From an uncultured bacterium (lineage in GTDB: Bacteria; Chloroflexota; UBA5177; JANWHV01): a stretch of DNA of 64,000 nt. Positions within the stretch are counted from its first letter, which is position 1, and the number at the start of each line of letters is the position of its first letter. The DNA is taken from positions 1 through 64,000 of the forward strand of contig CAVSOU010000015.1 in the NCBI GenBank assembly GCA_963729625.1, given 5' to 3'. Below, piece by piece: positions 39,321 through 48,984 of this stretch. A program made the position numbers and the translations under genes. The notes beneath the pieces were generated by a model. It did no database searches. It had not been told where the DNA came from and saw nothing but the letters and a program-made list of their open reading frames with translations.

Positions 39321-41822
39321 TCAGTCTCCGTGCGGCACCCAGATGTTCTTCACCTGCGTCGCCTCGCGCAGGCATTCCGCGCATGAGGCCGCCGAAGAAT
39401 CCGTCCAGTCGACCTCGCCGCCGGGAATGGCCCAGGTACGCTTGAGGTTCCCGGCGGAGGCCATCTCCACGGTCTTGACGCCGCCGGCAGTGCCAAAATA
39501 CCAGACGGACTGCACGTCGTCATGCGCGGCAAGCACGGCCGCCAGCGGATCCCGCTTTCCGGTCACGATGTTTACCACGCCCGCCGGAACGTCCGAGGTG
39601 TCGAGCACCTGGTAGAAATCGGTTGCACTCAACGGGTACGGCTCCGACGGCACGATGACAACGGTGTTGCCCACGGCAATCGCCGGAGCCATCAGCGAGA
39701 CAACGCCGAGCAGCGGGTACTGATCCGGGCACAGGATCCCGATCACGCCGATCGGCTCCGGCACGGCAATCGTCAGACCGCGCATCGGCGTGTGCGCCAC
39801 CCTGCCGTCGTACTTGTCGGCCCACGCGCCATACGTAAACAGCCGCTCGATCGCCAGGTCGACCTCCGCCTGGGCCGAGATCCGTGCAGGCCGCTGTCCG
39901 GCGCTCCCGGCACATCTGTGCTCGGAACAGCCGGTCATCGCCGCGATGCGGCGCGCGAACTCCTCACGCCGCTCCGATAAGTTTTCTGCTACATAGTAGA
40001 GGATCTGCGAGCGGTTATAGCTCGTGGTCAGGCTCCAACCTGCAGCCTTGTGCGCCGCCTCCACAGCGTTGCGGATGTCTTTGCGGTTCGCCTCTCCGGC
40101 TTCTCCCACCAGCGACCCATCGGGCTGGCGCACCGGCATGCTGTAGCCGGAATCAGGGCGCGTCTGCTTCCCACCGATGTACAGCTTCGGCGTGCGATCG
40201 ATGGGCGGGAGGTCGATGCTCATCGCCGCATCGTCTGCAGCGGGTATACCGGCGAGCATGGCGGTATCCTCGCCATGCTGCGCGTCGGTCGCCGGCATCG
40301 TCTGCGCACCTGAGTCGACGCCGTTTGCCGGCGAGCCTGCAACTCGATTCGCGACGGTATCCGCGCGTTTTACGTACTCGTACAGTCCCTCTTTGCCCCC
40401 CTCGCGCCCGAACCCGCTCTCGCGATAGCCGCCGAACCCGGAGGCAGCATCGAATATGTTGGTACAGTTGACCCACACGGTGCCGGCTTTGATACGCCGA
40501 GCCACGTCCAGCGCAAGATTGACGTTTTCACTCCACACGCTGGCAGCCAGGCCGTATGGCGTGTTGTTGGCCAGCTCGACCGCCTCGGCAGGACTGCGGA
40601 ACGTCATGGCCACCAGCACCGGGCCAAAGATTTCCACTTGAGCAATCGTGGCCGCGGGCGACACATCGGTAAACAACGTCGGCGGATAGAAATAGCCATC
40701 CGCCGGGCAGGACCAGCTTGGCTGCCACATGGTCGCGCCCTCGGCGACACCCTTCTCTACCAGGCCGCGCACGTGTTCCAGCTGCACGGGGGCGACGATA
40801 GCGCCAATATCCATCGTTTTGTCCAGCGGGTCGCCCACGCGCAGAGTCTCCATGCGCGCTCGCAGCTTGCTGATGAAGGTGCCGGCGATGTTCTCCTGCA
40901 TCAGCAGCCGGGATCCCGCGCAGCAGACTTGCCCTTGGTTGAACCATATGGCGTCGACGACACCCTCGACAGCGCTATCGAGGTCGGCATCGTCGAACAC
41001 CAGGAACGGCGACTTACCGCCCAACTCCAGGGAGATCCGTTTCCCAGTGCCTGCCGTCGCGCGCCTGATCGCGCGGCCGACCTCTGTTGAACCGGTGAAC
41101 GCTATCTTGTCGACGTCCTGGTGATGCACGAGCGCTTCGCCGGTGCGGCCGTCGCCGGTCACGATGTTTATCACACCCGGAGGCAGCTTGGCAGTCTCGA
41201 CGATCTCGGCAAAGAGCAGCGCCGTCAGCGGGGTAAACTCAGCAGGCTTCAGCACGACCGTGTTGCCCATCGCCAGCGCGGGCGCCACTTTCCACGACAG
41301 CATCAGCAACGGGAAGTTCCAGGGGATTACCTGGCCCACCACGCCCACGCTTTCGTAGCCGGGCAGCTCTTCCTTCATCAGCTGGGCCCATCCCGCGTGG
41401 TAGGCGAAGTGGCGAGCCACAAGAGGGATGTCGATATCCCGCGTCTCGCGAATGCACTTTCCGTTATCGAGCGTTTCCAGCACCGCAAATAGCCGGCTGT
41501 GCTTCTGCACCTGACGCGCGAGCGCGTAGAGGTAGCGAGCCCGAGCGTGCCCGGACAGCGCGCGCCAAATGGGCAGCGCGGATCGGGCAGCGCGGACCGC
41601 TGCATCTACGTCCTGCGGCGTTCCCTGCGCCGCGCGCGCGAGGCACTTCCCGGTGGCGGGATTGATCGTGTCAAAATACTCGCCGCCCTGCGGCGCTACC
41701 CATGCATTACCGATGAAGTGGTCAAAGCAGTTGTCGTGCCGCGCCAGCCAGGCAATGGCCGGGCCGGAAGTCTCAGGCGCCGGGCCGTACGTCATCGTCT
41801 CGAAAATCTCCGCGACACTCAT
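39321..41822 (-). CDS. Two-domain aldehyde dehydrogenase (ALDH16-type)
   Basis: PWNFP, FTGSTEVG, ELGGKSP, GQVCCAG and EIFGP motifs, followed by a second, non-catalytic Rossmann-type ALDH domain. Confidence 0.93.
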   Translation of the reverse strand: MSVAEIFETMTYGPAPETSGPAIAWLARHDNCFDHFIGNAWVAPQGGEYFDTINPATGKCLARAAQGTPQDVDAAVRAARSALPIWRALSGHARARYLYALARQVQKHSRLFAVLETLDNGKCIRETRDIDIPLVARHFAYHAGWAQLMKEELPGYESVGVVGQVIPWNFPLLMLSWKVAPALAMGNTVVLKPAEFTPLTALLFAEIVETAKLPPGVINIVTGDGRTGEALVHHQDVDKIAFTGSTEVGRAIRRATAGTGKRISLELGGKSPFLVFDDADLDSAVEGVVDAIWFNQGQVCCAGSRLLMQENIAGTFISKLRARMETLRVGDPLDKTMDIGAIVAPVQLEHVRGLVEKGVAEGATMWQPSWSCPADGYFYPPTLFTDVSPAATIAQVEIFGPVLVAMTFRSPAEAVELANNTPYGLAASVWSENVNLALDVARRIKAGTVWVNCTNIFDAASGFGGYRESGFGREGGKEGLYEYVKRADTVANRVAGSPANGVDSGAQTMPATDAQHGEDTAMLAGIPAADDAAMSIDLPPIDRTPKLYIGGKQTRPDSGYSMPVRQPDGSLVGEAGEANRKDIRNAVEAAHKAAGWSLTTSYNRSQILYYVAENLSERREEFARRIAAMTGCSEHRCAGSAGQRPARISAQAEVDLAIERLFTYGAWADKYDGRVAHTPMRGLTIAVPEPIGVIGILCPDQYPLLGVVSLMAPAIAVGNTVVIVPSEPYPLSATDFYQVLDTSDVPAGVVNIVTGKRDPLAAVLAAHDDVQSVWYFGTAGGVKTVEMASAGNLKRTWAIPGGEVDWTDSSAASCAECLREATQVKNIWVPHGD

Positions 41823-41850
41823 GGGCGCGGTCCTTTCCTTCCATTACGCT

Positions 41851-43182
41851 TCACACCTGGGACCCTACTACGTGGATTGAGTCAAGGCTACGCTGCACCT
41901 GCTCGTATTCATGAGCCAGGTCTGCCGTGCGGGCGGTCACGCTGGGTAGGCCGAGGCTCACAATCCCCTCGACGACGCTCATGCCGCCACTGGCGGCCCG
42001 CACGCGAACCTCGCATTGCGCTTCAAGCGATTGGCCGGAGAGGCGAAGCACCGCATCGGCGATACCGTACTGCTGGCCGTCAAGCGTGCGTACCGTATTG
42101 GTAATGGTACCGATCGGCGTGCCAAGCGCGCGCAAGAATCCGGAGACGTAGCGCGGGTTCGAGACATCACCCACCGTGGTCGTCTCAGAGCCGAGAATGA
42201 GGGCGGTCTTGTCCGGAGAGGCAACCTGATAGTCGCCCGCTGTGTTGTCGGTCTCGGTCCACGTGGAAGGATAGGCGATGCTGTAGCCCGCGCCCGAGGG
42301 CGACGCGCTCTTTGTCGAATACGATTTGCCCAGCGCCTGTGCCGCGCCCGACCGGGTGGAGAGCAGTTGCACGATTGTCTCGATCGTTTCGCTCTGGGAA
42401 AGCGCGTGCGTGCCCTTGCTATCCGAGACGGTCCCGGTGCTCGAAACGGTCTGGCGCAGATGCTCGTTGAGGAACACGCCACTCTCGACCCCAATTCCCC
42501 AGGTCCCGGTTTCGCGCACATCGGTGGTCGCGACGTAGTGCTTGCCCCCACTGCTAATCGACGACTTACCGCTACTATGCATAGCAGTCGTGACCGTGGC
42601 GACACGTCCAAAGCTGTCCGTCGAGAGCTTGGTCAGCTTGTTGTCCAGTGTCACGGACGGGCCGCCACCGAACCAGGTGTTGTCGATCTCGCTACTCCAT
42701 TTGCCGGAAACAGCAACCGGCGCGAGAGGTACCTGGCCCACGTCATTCAACCCATACGCGCCGCGATAGACACAGTACTGGGTGCCATCGTTCTCCTGAA
42801 TGCATGCATTGGCCGGAGTGCTGAGCCGATTGGCGGGCACCGTACTGTGACTCGTCTTGCCGTTATGGACGCCGGTTTCGCTGCCCGGGTCAAACTCGAT
42901 TGAGAGCGTGGCATCTCCCGACGAGTCGACGCTATGGATGATGTATCGCGCCTTATACAGAACCGTGCTGGTAGCAGTGTCGACCGGCTGTCCGGCGATA
43001 GTGGTCTTGATCGTCTCTACAGTCTTCATGGAGTAGGACAGGATCTCGCCCGGCGTGAAGCGGTAGCGCAGGCTGACCGCGGCATTGGAGTCGGCACGCG
43101 CGACAGGCGCCCAACTGCTTCCCAGCGCGAGCGTACCCGCTATGACCAACGCAGCTCTTCGAACAACCCCGTTCCGTACCAT
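41851..43182 (-). CDS. Secreted two-domain hypothetical protein (C-terminal PsbP-like GYSIAYPSTW)
   Basis: GGAGGG RBS, signal peptide ending VARA, Ser/Thr-rich sequence. Confidence 0.75.
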   Translation of the reverse strand: MVRNGVVRRAALVIAGTLALGSSWAPVARADSNAAVSLRYRFTPGEILSYSMKTVETIKTTIAGQPVDTATSTVLYKARYIIHSVDSSGDATLSIEFDPGSETGVHNGKTSHSTVPANRLSTPANACIQENDGTQYCVYRGAYGLNDVGQVPLAPVAVSGKWSSEIDNTWFGGGPSVTLDNKLTKLSTDSFGRVATVTTAMHSSGKSSISSGGKHYVATTDVRETGTWGIGVESGVFLNEHLRQTVSSTGTVSDSKGTHALSQSETIETIVQLLSTRSGAAQALGKSYSTKSASPSGAGYSIAYPSTWTETDNTAGDYQVASPDKTALILGSETTTVGDVSNPRYVSGFLRALGTPIGTITNTVRTLDGQQYGIADAVLRLSGQSLEAQCEVRVRAASGGMSVVEGIVSLGLPSVTARTADLAHEYEQVQRSLDSIHVVGSQV

Positions 43183-43444
43183 CCGCCCCTCCAACAAGCT
43201 CGTTTCTCCGTGCGGCACCATGGTATCGGGTTTTGAGGTTGCGGAGTACTGTGCATCCTGAAGAGCGTGCCCTCGCCCGTCTCCGCGCCTGCTCAAGCGC
43301 CCTCCGCTCCGGGCGTTGGCAGGCTGGTCGACGTCAACGCTTGAGGCGATCCTGAACGACATCGACCACGGCGAGCTCCGCGAAAGCACTGCGGTAGCTA
43401 TACCCCGTGGTCGCGGCCTGGAACTTCCAGACAGCAGGGAGAAC

Positions 43445-43798
43445 CTAGTGCAGATTAAGGGGATTGCCGTAGCGGCGAACCGCGTAAATGACCGCACTGA
43501 CGCCAAGTACAAAGAACACCGCGCCGCGGAGCGCCCTCGGAGCGAACTGCAGGGTACCGGCATGCACCCAGTCAACTGCCCAGGAAGGGAAAGGGAAGTC
43601 CCGGTAGAGCGCTACCAGCAAATAGTCGATGCCCAGGACACCGACAAGCAACCCAAGAAACAGCACGAGAACCCATCGCCTGGCATGGCTGCCCGGCAAG
43701 AACCTGGTTGGTATTCCCACGCGTCGCTCCTGCAAGAAGAAAAAGCGAGCCGACTGCCGAATCCTTGCGTTCCGAAGTCTACCACACCAGTCTGACAT
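43445..43798 (-). CDS. Small membrane protein resembling the N-terminal TM extension of YvcK/CofD-family proteins
   Basis: PG...RRW...LFLG....LG..Y.....YR..PFP......TLQF.PR..RG..F pattern. No catalytic domain follows. Confidence 0.55.
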   Translation of the reverse strand: MSDWCGRLRNARIRQSARFFFLQERRVGIPTRFLPGSHARRWVLVLFLGLLVGVLGIDYLLVALYRDFPFPSWAVDWVHAGTLQFAPRALRGAVFFVLGVSAVIYAVRRYGNPLNLH

Positions 43799-43930
43799 GG
43801 TGGCGGCGTCGACGCCAGTGCAGGGTCACGTGCAAACATTGGTGTCTATCGCGGCGCAATCGGCCGTGGCCGGAGGCTTCGCGCCTTCAAACAAGCCAGG
43901 GAAAGCGCCGGATAGCGCGGTAAACGCGGT

Positions 43931-44350
43931 CTACTCGGCTATACTCCAGACCCGGACACGGTAGTGCGGCACTTTCCCCACTTCAAAGCGAAAACGAATG
44001 TCGCACAACTGCCGATCGTAGCGGAAGCAGTTCACGTCCAGCATCGGCGCCGGCACGTCCACCCGGATACGTCCCTGGTTCTTCAGGTGTGCTTTGCCTT
44101 GCAACACTTCCACCACGCCGGCGATGTAGGCGGGGCCGGCAAAGGAGTCCTTATCCTCCGGTGCCTGCAGCGCGAGCTCGAGTCCGACGTGCCCGTCGAG
44201 CTGTTGGAACAACTGCTGCGCGATCTGTTGTTGCGCCATTAGCAGGAGTTGCTTCACACGGACATTGTGGGGGTGCGCGGCGCCCAATAGTGGATTCGTG
44301 TCCGTTTTCGCGGGCGGGAAACCGTCGACCTCGATCGTGATTTCGCTCAC
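43931..44350 (-). CDS. Hypothetical protein, RusA-like fold with degenerate acidic residues
   Basis: I.V.G.PP.K, V.LEL, YI.GV.EVL, YDRQ and YRVRV patterns. AGGAG RBS. Confidence 0.6.
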   Translation of the reverse strand: MSEITIEVDGFPPAKTDTNPLLGAAHPHNVRVKQLLLMAQQQIAQQLFQQLDGHVGLELALQAPEDKDSFAGPAYIAGVVEVLQGKAHLKNQGRIRVDVPAPMLDVNCFRYDRQLCDIRFRFEVGKVPHYRVRVWSIAE

Positions 44351-44556
44351 GACAAACTCCTCTCACCAACAATAACGTGCAACCCCAATACAGCCCGCAG
44401 GACACAGATTCACCGCATCTGCCGCAGTCATCGCGTGTGCGACCAAGCAGAAGGCCTAAGACCGTTGATCTCGTGATACCGCAGTATACGCTCGAACAAC
44501 CGCCCCGTGCACCGAGTTATGTACTATGGGCAGAAACAAACACCAGAACGGAGCGA

Positions 44557-45951
44557 TCAAAGCACTTGAACGAGCACCACTGCCCCTGAGGTCGGCGCGC
44601 CCGTCACTTCGTCGACGTGCGGCACCGTGCGGAACAACACCAGGGTCGAATGCTTCCCTGACTGCAACAGCGTGACTGGAGCGCTCGGCTGCAACGCTCC
44701 GATGCCGGAGTGTTCGGTGATAGCGTACAGCGATAGAAGCTTTCCCGTGCCCGAAAGCAGCGTGATGCCGGTCTGCCCCGCCATTTCCACGGTTCCTGTC
44801 GCCTCGTTCACTGCCATTGCCACTGTATAGTCGAAGTACGCACTGGAGCACAGCGAGTAGTGATCCCTGTAGATCACGCGTCGAGTGCCCTTGGACTGTG
44901 TCGCGGCATCCACCGAGCAGTAGCTGCCGGCGATCCATCGCAGATAGCCCACACTGCGCGTCGTGTCCACCACGAAGCCCGTCGACGGACCCAGCCCGGT
45001 CGGCGTGTCGTAGTCCGCCTGGATCTGCTTGCTCAGCCCGCCCGTGCGCGCGCTGAACACCGTGATGAGCCCACCGGGAGCCGCGTACCAGACCTGCTGC
45101 GTGCGCGCACTGTACGTCGCCGAGAACCCTCGCATACGGTACGGGAAGGCGCGATTCCACGCACGACCTCCCTTCCGGGTGTCAAAGGCGACAAAGCGAG
45201 TCGCTCCCGGCAGTGCTACGTGCATCTGCAGCCCCACAATCGCGCGATGCGCGGTTCCGTCCATGAACAGTGTGTTTGGCACACCCTCCAAGCTTGCCAG
45301 GTACAGGGCTTGCGACACCGGATCGACGATGAACAGATCGTTGGTGGCATCGTTCTGCGTCGTGGCCAGGACAACTCGATTCGCGCTGGAATCCGTAGCC
45401 ATTCCGGCAACGGTGATCGGACCACCCTCGAAGACCAGCAGCTTCTTCACGACCCGACCAGTATGCAAATCCACGACCCACAGGTCGAGGTGGTACGACG
45501 TATAGGGGTCGCTTGGGCCAAGGGAGACCGGCGTATCGACCGCGAGATACGCCAGCCAGCGGCCCTCGTCGATGGCCACGCCTTCGATTGATCCCGTGGT
45601 GGCAACCCGTGCCAGCAGGGTGTAGTTCTTCGTGTCGATAAGCGCGAAGACGTTCGAGATCGGACTGGCCTGAGGCCCTGTCGTCAGGTCCACGCCCACC
45701 TCGATCAGCCTCTGGTCCTTGACATTGGAGGCCACGAGGGTGCCGGCGATCGTGGTGATCACGGTGTGCGGGTGAAGCGTCGCCACATCCTTCATCACGG
45801 TTGCCGAGGCGGATGCGCGGTTGGCGAGCACCACGCTCGGCGTGGCTCGACCCGCTGCCCCCGCCCTCAACATCCAGCCAGCGCCTGGAGCAAGGGCGAC
45901 GACGCAGCAAGCAGCAACGCCGGCCAGCCCAATCAGGCCCCCGTTCCTCAT
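44557..45951 (-). CDS. Secreted beta-propeller (YncE/YVTN-like) protein
   Basis: GAGGAGG RBS, signal peptide, and repeated VAID / V.D..T blades. Confidence 0.75.
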   Translation of the reverse strand: MRNGGLIGLAGVAACCVVALAPGAGWMLRAGAAGRATPSVVLANRASASATVMKDVATLHPHTVITTIAGTLVASNVKDQRLIEVGVDLTTGPQASPISNVFALIDTKNYTLLARVATTGSIEGVAIDEGRWLAYLAVDTPVSLGPSDPYTSYHLDLWVVDLHTGRVVKKLLVFEGGPITVAGMATDSSANRVVLATTQNDATNDLFIVDPVSQALYLASLEGVPNTLFMDGTAHRAIVGLQMHVALPGATRFVAFDTRKGGRAWNRAFPYRMRGFSATYSARTQQVWYAAPGGLITVFSARTGGLSKQIQADYDTPTGLGPSTGFVVDTTRSVGYLRWIAGSYCSVDAATQSKGTRRVIYRDHYSLCSSAYFDYTVAMAVNEATGTVEMAGQTGITLLSGTGKLLSLYAITEHSGIGALQPSAPVTLLQSGKHSTLVLFRTVPHVDEVTGAPTSGAVVLVQVL

Positions 45952-46183
45952 TGGTTGGAACCTCCTCTTTGGGACAGTGTAGCCATACGGCGGCGCATCA
46001 GCCCAAGTCGGAAGTGGATTACATCGCGCGCTGATCCCGCTCGCCGGGATAGCCAAAATTGGCGAGATCTCACATCGTGGCGCGCCCACCGGCATGGAAG
46101 CGAACGGGCGGCGCGGTGGGGATCGTGAAGGGGGAGGGCGGCCACCACAAGTCGGGTGGCCGCCCTCCCTGCTCAGGAACGTA

Positions 46184-48004
46184 TCAGAAGTGCCGTGCGC
46201 ACGAGCCGCTGAACTGCGGGTTGGGCATGAGCTGGCTGGTGAGCGTCCCTCCGTAGCGGGCCACATCCGGCGTTCCATACTCGGCAGGTCCGCCGAAGCT
46301 CTGTATCGTGGTTCGCGGGATCACATTGCCGAAGTTCCAGAGGCACAGGGTCCTGCGATCACTTGCGGCACGCATCGCGTCGCCCCCCACGGTCCAGAAG
46401 GGGTAGAAGTCTGCCCCAACCGGAGGCGCCGTGCAACCCGTGCCCGTCTCCGTATTGCAATTGTTCTCGGAGCCCCCGAGGTCGGTCTCGAACTGAATCG
46501 TCGGATACGGGTTGCCGTGCGCGTCGAACGGTCCGAGATAGGCAAACGAAGTTGGGTGCATGAATGAGCCGTCCGGCCAATCGGCGCGGTACGAGCTGCC
46601 GTCGAAGTCCAGGTCCCCGTTCTGGAAATAGTTATCCTGGCAGCCTGCCACACGCCAGCTGACCATCTGCGGCTGCCCGTTGACGCTGATCGTCCTCGGA
46701 CCTGCCGGCATGCAGTTCGCGTCCGAGAACTCACACAACGCGCCAGTGATGAAGCTGTTGGTCGGGCAGGCGCCGCCGCCCTCGGTCGTGGCGTTCGTAC
46801 AGGTACCGGTGGTGAGGCTGCACGGGCCTTCTCCCGTTGCCGTCGCACCCTCGAAGCCGCCCACGCAGGTTTGGAAGACGTTGGGATCGCTAAAGGTCTG
46901 GCCGTTCCCAAAGGCGGCGTTGTAGGGGAACGAGGTGGTCACCGACGAGCAGGGCTCAAAGTGGCCGAGCTCGTCTTGCATCAGCACGCCACCCTCGAGC
47001 GCCGCCCAGGGTACCTGGTTCTGTTGCTGCGCGGAGCTGTACTCGGCATGGAAGCTGAACGGCGTGCCGCTGCAATCCGCGAGGTTGGTGTTCATGAACC
47101 CGTTCGCGGCGCTGGCGACGATAAACCCTGATCGGCCATTCGAGAGGTCGAAGATGCGCGCCTCCAATCCCTGACCAGTGTCCCTGATACTTACCGCAAG
47201 CTCGTCGCCCTGGTTCATGAGGAGCGTCTTCGCGTTAGGCGTGAAGGTGTTTTCGTCCGTGAGCTGCGGGCTGGGCGGGCCCGCCGGGACGCCGTCGGTC
47301 TGCAGGTACGCGAAGTTCACCGGCTCGACGCAGGAGTTGTTGCAGTTGCCGAACCCAAACGTGCACTCCAGGCTATCGATGGTCAGCGCCGCGCAGTAGT
47401 GGGTTGGGTCACAGCTTACGGCGTCGGTGAACGGCGGATAGCCCGGCGGGTAGAACTGCAGCTCCATGAAGGCCGATCCGGCGCCATTGGGGTCGCCGAT
47501 CAGGCCACTATTGGTATCGCTGTCAGGGGTGCACGGGTTCTGCGGATAGGACTTCGGGTCGCACAGCGGCAGGCCGAACCACGGGGCCGGGCTTAGCTCC
47601 GCGTAGTCCGTGGCTGCCGCGCTGGTCGCGGTGGGTGGCACCCTGGGGTCCACTGCCAACCGCATCAAGTAGGTCATGGTACTGGCACTACCGGGCGCGC
47701 TGGAGATGAATTTGACCGACGGCTCGTCGTGGCCGACGTAGTGCTTGTTGTCGTAGAATCGGTATGCCTTGCCGTCTTTCCAGATGGCGATCGGGTCGGT
47801 ACATAGGCCACCAAGGTCAGGCTTGGCCCCGGTGTAGATCGGACTGTGGCTATTGCAATCCATCATGTTGACCGAATTCGGCGCTACCGCGCCGGTGCTC
47901 GTGCTCGTGGTCGTACTGTCACCGAAGGCGGGCGCCACGCTCAACGCGAGCGCGGCACTAACCGCGCCGACCACCCCCAGCCATCGCCTCCAAGACCTGC
48001 TCAT
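46184..48004 (-). CDS. Secreted cysteine-rich hypothetical protein, 606 aa
   Basis: Signal peptide, about 22 Cys, and GHDEPS / AFMELQFYPPG / FYPFW conserved-looking blocks. Confidence 0.82.
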   Translation of the reverse strand: MSRSWRRWLGVVGAVSAALALSVAPAFGDSTTTSTSTGAVAPNSVNMMDCNSHSPIYTGAKPDLGGLCTDPIAIWKDGKAYRFYDNKHYVGHDEPSVKFISSAPGSASTMTYLMRLAVDPRVPPTATSAAATDYAELSPAPWFGLPLCDPKSYPQNPCTPDSDTNSGLIGDPNGAGSAFMELQFYPPGYPPFTDAVSCDPTHYCAALTIDSLECTFGFGNCNNSCVEPVNFAYLQTDGVPAGPPSPQLTDENTFTPNAKTLLMNQGDELAVSIRDTGQGLEARIFDLSNGRSGFIVASAANGFMNTNLADCSGTPFSFHAEYSSAQQQNQVPWAALEGGVLMQDELGHFEPCSSVTTSFPYNAAFGNGQTFSDPNVFQTCVGGFEGATATGEGPCSLTTGTCTNATTEGGGACPTNSFITGALCEFSDANCMPAGPRTISVNGQPQMVSWRVAGCQDNYFQNGDLDFDGSSYRADWPDGSFMHPTSFAYLGPFDAHGNPYPTIQFETDLGGSENNCNTETGTGCTAPPVGADFYPFWTVGGDAMRAASDRRTLCLWNFGNVIPRTTIQSFGGPAEYGTPDVARYGGTLTSQLMPNPQFSGSCARHF

Positions 48005-48432
48005 CCTGATCGTTCCCCTTGATGAATGCCGAGGCGCCTGCCTCGGATTGGCGGACTGACCAGACTTTCGCCGCGCGGGCGGACCTCACCCTTCCAGCAG
48101 TGTGGGACTGCACCTCCCCGGCACCTCGGTTGTGCCACGAACCGAGCATGGACGATTCTGCACCGTGGGTCGATTGGGTCAAGACCCGTCAGTTGAGCGA
48201 AGCCAAGACACTTGAGGGCGCGCACGTGAGAGACAGCGACACTGGGCGCGCCGCTGCGCTAGAGCAAAGCCAAGCAAGGATCCAGATGAACGCGTACTAC
48301 GCCCGAGGGTTCCACCGTGGCTTGACTCTTGACACAGACTGCTGGGGACTGCAGCGCGTGGGGGCCAAGTCTCCGGTTAGGCATAGCCTAGCACGGCGAA
48401 TCATAACTGTACAGATTGATGGATGCTGCACC

Positions 48433-48598
48433 TACGGTCTGCAAATAGTGCCAAACAGCCTGCGGATAATTCCGGATGGAAGCGACGACGGGCCGGATAA
48501 ATCCGGGCGCGGATGGCTTTCATCGCGGCCGGATCTATCCGGCGTGAACCCTGCCATCCGCTTTCAAGCGGAGGTTCCTTGACTGTTTTCAGGTCCTG
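48433..48598. mobile_element. MITE-like element, copy 2 (inverted, more degenerate)
   Basis: The reverse complement contains aacctccgcttgaaagcggatggcagg...atccggcccgtcgtcgcttc...actatttgcagacc, matching 19199..19342. Confidence 0.68.
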
Positions 48599-48708
48599 AT
48601 CCGGTCACCGGCGTTACAAATCACGCCGATCGTACTCCGGTGGTCGGGGATCCAGGGGAGAAGGCGAGGCATGCATCGCGCTCGCGACGGCAGGTTCAGG
48701 CGAACGAC

Positions 48709-48900
48709 TCATCCTTCAGGGCGAGAGACGATGCGCCCTGCTCGAACGTCTTCAAGTCGCGCCAGGCGATCTATGCGGCTGCTCAGCAGGAGGTACCGGC
48801 CTTGGTCTACCCTGCGTGGCGGATCGATCTGACTAGGACGCTCGCTGTCCAGCAGCTCAGACGTCTCTTCGGCGCGGTAGTGCGCATACCAGCGCAACAT
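48709..48900 (-). CDS. Small hypothetical protein, 63 aa
   Basis: AGGAGG RBS ahead of the ATG at 48900, downstream of the MFS gene on the same strand. Confidence 0.45.
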   Translation of the reverse strand: MLRWYAHYRAEETSELLDSERPSQIDPPRRVDQGRYLLLSSRIDRLARLEDVRAGRIVSRPEG

Positions 48901-48984
48901 CGACCGCGCCTCCTGCCGGGCATCACCATGGACGGCAGGAGGAAAGCGGCCCGGGCGCCACACGCGCTCGATGAGAACGTCCCT

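Noticed and set aside
39321-41822. Double-length aldehyde dehydrogenase as a novel fusion
   Set aside because: It matches the known ALDH16-type architecture.
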